From assembly GCA_049968235.1 (NCBI GenBank), contig JBMFRC010000057.1, positions 1 to 579 of the forward strand: a stretch of DNA of 579 nt. The letters run 5' to 3'. The notes beneath the pieces are model-generated. The model made no database searches and was not told the origin of the DNA. It saw only the letters and a list, made by a program, of their open reading frames with translations. Positions 1 to 579 of the stretch are shown here, piece after piece (the first letter of the stretch is position 1; each line of letters begins with the position of its first letter). The position numbers were made by a program, and so were the translations under genes. Source of the DNA: Candidatus Hydrogenedens sp. (GTDB taxonomy: Bacteria; Hydrogenedentota; Hydrogenedentia; Hydrogenedentales; Hydrogenedentaceae).

Positions 1-252
1 AAACGATACATTTTTACTCTCGGAGAAAAAGATGGAAAAAACATTGTAGTTGTTTGGCGTGAATATTCAGATGAATGGAGTGAAGAAGACTTTAAACGTG
101 ATGAAGAGTTTGTTATAAATGAAATTAGTCAGTGGAATCCTGATGTTATCTATATTAATGGCAAGTTTTCTACATCTTCAAGTTTAGGAGAGGTTAGGTA
201 TATCGAACCTGAATTTGAAAGATTGTTAGAAGGAGAGAATAAAGATATTTAA
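1..252 (+). CDS. 3' end (C-terminal 83 aa) of a protein of unknown family; 5'-truncated by the window. Translation: KRYIFTLGEKDGKNIVVVWREYSDEWSEEDFKRDEEFVINEISQWNPDVIYINGKFSTSSSLGEVRYIEPEFERLLEGENKDI*
   Basis: Frame 1 is open from nt 1 to TAA at 250-252. The strand is purine-rich with codon use typical of low-GC coding DNA. The frame is contiguous with and co-directional to the downstream MTase gene, with a 1-nt gap. I recognise no catalytic motif in the visible residues. The reverse strand is densely stopped over this span. Confidence 0.65.
   Translation, partial: KRYIFTLGEKDGKNIVVVWREYSDEWSEEDFKRDEEFVINEISQWNPDVIYINGKFSTSSSLGEVRYIEPEFERLLEGENKDI
194..204 (+). repeat. Copy 1 of an exact 11-bp direct repeat TTAGGTATATC
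   Basis: Identical 11-mers at 194-204 and 314-324. They fall in different reading frames of two different genes (codes V-R-Y-I in ORF1, L-G-I-S in ORF2), so the identity is not explained by a repeated protein motif. Confidence 0.5.
231..236 (+). promoter_or_regulatory. Candidate Shine-Dalgarno (AGGAGA) for the MTase gene, embedded in the 3' end of the upstream CDS
   Basis: AGGAGA at 231-236 is the only strong SD-like element upstream of ATG 254. Its 17-nt spacing is longer than the 5-10 nt optimum. Initiation may therefore depend partly on termination-reinitiation coupling (TAA 250-252 / ATG 254-256). Confidence 0.35.
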
Positions 253-253
253 T

Positions 254-579
254 ATGCAAGCAAAGGATTACAAGGATAGAAAATACCTTTCTGCAATTGA
301 GGCTGCCAAGTTTTTAGGTATATCTGTTTCAGAGATCCATAAACTTGTAGATGACAAGGTCATTAATGCAAAGATTTCACCGAGTGGACAAATGCGTTTT
401 GATTTAAAAGAACTTAAAAACTATGCAGAAACTTTAAAAATAGAAGAACAGATCAATAGAATTGAGATTAATAAAGAAAATACTTTTAAAGTAAATGGAA
501 CAGTCCAAAAACTTTTTGTAAAGAACTCTATGAGAATGGACGAACTATTAAGTGATAGTGTCCATTTAGTAATAACTTC
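254..579 (+). CDS. 5' end (first ~109 aa; 3'-truncated) of a helix-turn-helix-fused DNA methyltransferase: N-terminal excisionase/MerR-type HTH followed by a beta-class N6_N4_Mtase domain. Translation: MQAKDYKDRKYLSAIEAAKFLGISVSEIHKLVDDKVINAKISPSGQMRFDLKELKNYAETLKIEEQINRIEINKENTFKVNGTVQKLFVKNSMRMDELLSDSVHLVITS...
   Basis: ATG at 254 is the first start after the in-frame stop TAG at 227-229. Frame 2 is open to the window end. Residues 12-57 match the HTH_17/excisionase pattern (L-x-x-x-E-A-A-x-x-L-G-(I/V)-S-x-x-x-(I/L)-x-x-L, then ...G-x-x-R-F-x-x-x-(D/E)-L-x-x-(F/Y)). Residues 78-109 (FKVNGTVQKLFVKNSMRMDELLSDSVHLVITS) match the N-terminal consensus of beta-class amino-MTases (x-N-G-D-x-x-x-x-L-x-x-L-P-D-x-S-V-D-L-I-x-T-(D/S)-P-P-Y). 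The window ends two nt into the Ser codon, immediately before the expected PP(Y/F). Confidence 0.8.
   Translation, partial: MQAKDYKDRKYLSAIEAAKFLGISVSEIHKLVDDKVINAKISPSGQMRFDLKELKNYAETLKIEEQINRIEINKENTFKVNGTVQKLFVKNSMRMDELLSDSVHLVIT
281..424 (+). other. Helix-turn-helix DNA-binding domain (excisionase/MerR-like, HTH_17-type) within the MTase ORF
   Basis: Residues K10-Y57 carry AIEAAKFLGISVSEIHKLV (recognition-helix pattern) followed by the ...GQMRFDLKELKNY wing/C-terminal pattern characteristic of this HTH family. Confidence 0.7.
314..324 (+). repeat. Copy 2 of an exact 11-bp direct repeat TTAGGTATATC
   Basis: See copy 1. It lies 120 bp downstream of copy 1 and ~65 nt inside the MTase ORF, within the HTH-coding segment. 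Confidence 0.5.
485..579 (+). other. Start of the beta-class DNA methyltransferase catalytic domain, leading into motif IV (x-PP-Y/F)
   Basis: FKVNGTVQKLFVKNSMRMDELLSDSVHLVITS aligns to the conserved 'NGDc...LxxLPDnSVDLIiT(D/S)PPY' block that opens PF01555-type MTases (M.PvuII/M.RsrI class). Confidence 0.7.

Noticed and set aside
1-30. Loose resemblance of KRYIFTLGE to the 'GRxFIGIE' motif found near the C-terminus of beta-class MTases (which would make ORF1 a second MTase)
   Set aside because: The alignment is poor. A further ~70 residues follow, which is atypical after that motif. There is no support within the window.
36-41. Homopolymer tracts (A6 at 36-41, several A5/T5) as possible phase-variation switches of the kind common in R-M genes of low-GC bacteria
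   Set aside because: The longest run is 6 nt. Slipped-strand phase variation typically needs 8 or more, and there are no poly-G/C or multimeric SSRs.
215-243. Sigma70-like hexamers (TTGAAA 215-220, 17-bp spacer, AATAAA 238-243; also TTGTTA 223-228 / TATTTA 246-251) upstream of the MTase start
   Set aside because: These are weak matches of a kind expected by chance in 30%-GC DNA. A transcript starting near 250 would lack any SD before ATG 254. The 1-nt intergenic gap argues for co-transcription instead.
227-256. Possible intergenic terminator or attenuator between the two ORFs
   Set aside because: There is no intergenic space (1 nt), and I see no GC-rich stem followed by a T-run.
392-394. 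In-frame internal ATG (Met47) as an alternative MTase start
   Set aside because: It would split the HTH in the middle of its wing. No SD precedes it, and the upstream residues form a coherent HTH.
424-579. Stop-free frame on the minus strand across 424-579 (~52 codons, running off the window end)
   Set aside because: It is antisense to a strongly supported MTase ORF and no longer than expected by chance. It has no start or RBS context that can be evaluated within the window.

Overview
This 579-nt AT-rich window (about 31% GC, purine-rich + strand) is filled by two same-strand protein-coding genes that nearly abut (stop and start overlap as TAAtATG). (1) Positions 1-252 encode the last 83 residues of an upstream protein. 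It is acidic and Trp-containing, and I cannot place it in a family from sequence alone. (2) Positions 254-579 encode the first ~109 residues of a fusion protein. Its N-terminus is an excisionase/MerR-type helix-turn-helix (residues ~10-57: KYLSAIEAAKFLGISVSEIHKLVDDKVINAKISPSGQMRFDLKELKNY). A charged linker follows. The visible C-terminal end is the N-terminal signature of a beta-class (N6_N4_Mtase/PF01555-like) DNA methyltransferase (FKVNGTVQKLFVKNSMRMDELLSDSVHLVITS), running into what should be motif IV, (D/S)PP(Y/F). The final visible Ser points to an SPP(Y/F) motif, which is typical of m4C MTases. There are no RNA genes, CRISPR repeats or obvious mobile-element ends. The main points of interest are (a) the HTH-MTase fusion, which could be a self-regulating R-M methylase or a phage/ICE-borne orphan MTase; (b) tight translational coupling to an unidentified upstream gene, a candidate cognate REase or partner; and (c) an exact 11-bp direct repeat (TTAGGTATATC) placed almost symmetrically about the MTase start codon. 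Both genes are truncated by the window, so all functional calls rest on motifs.
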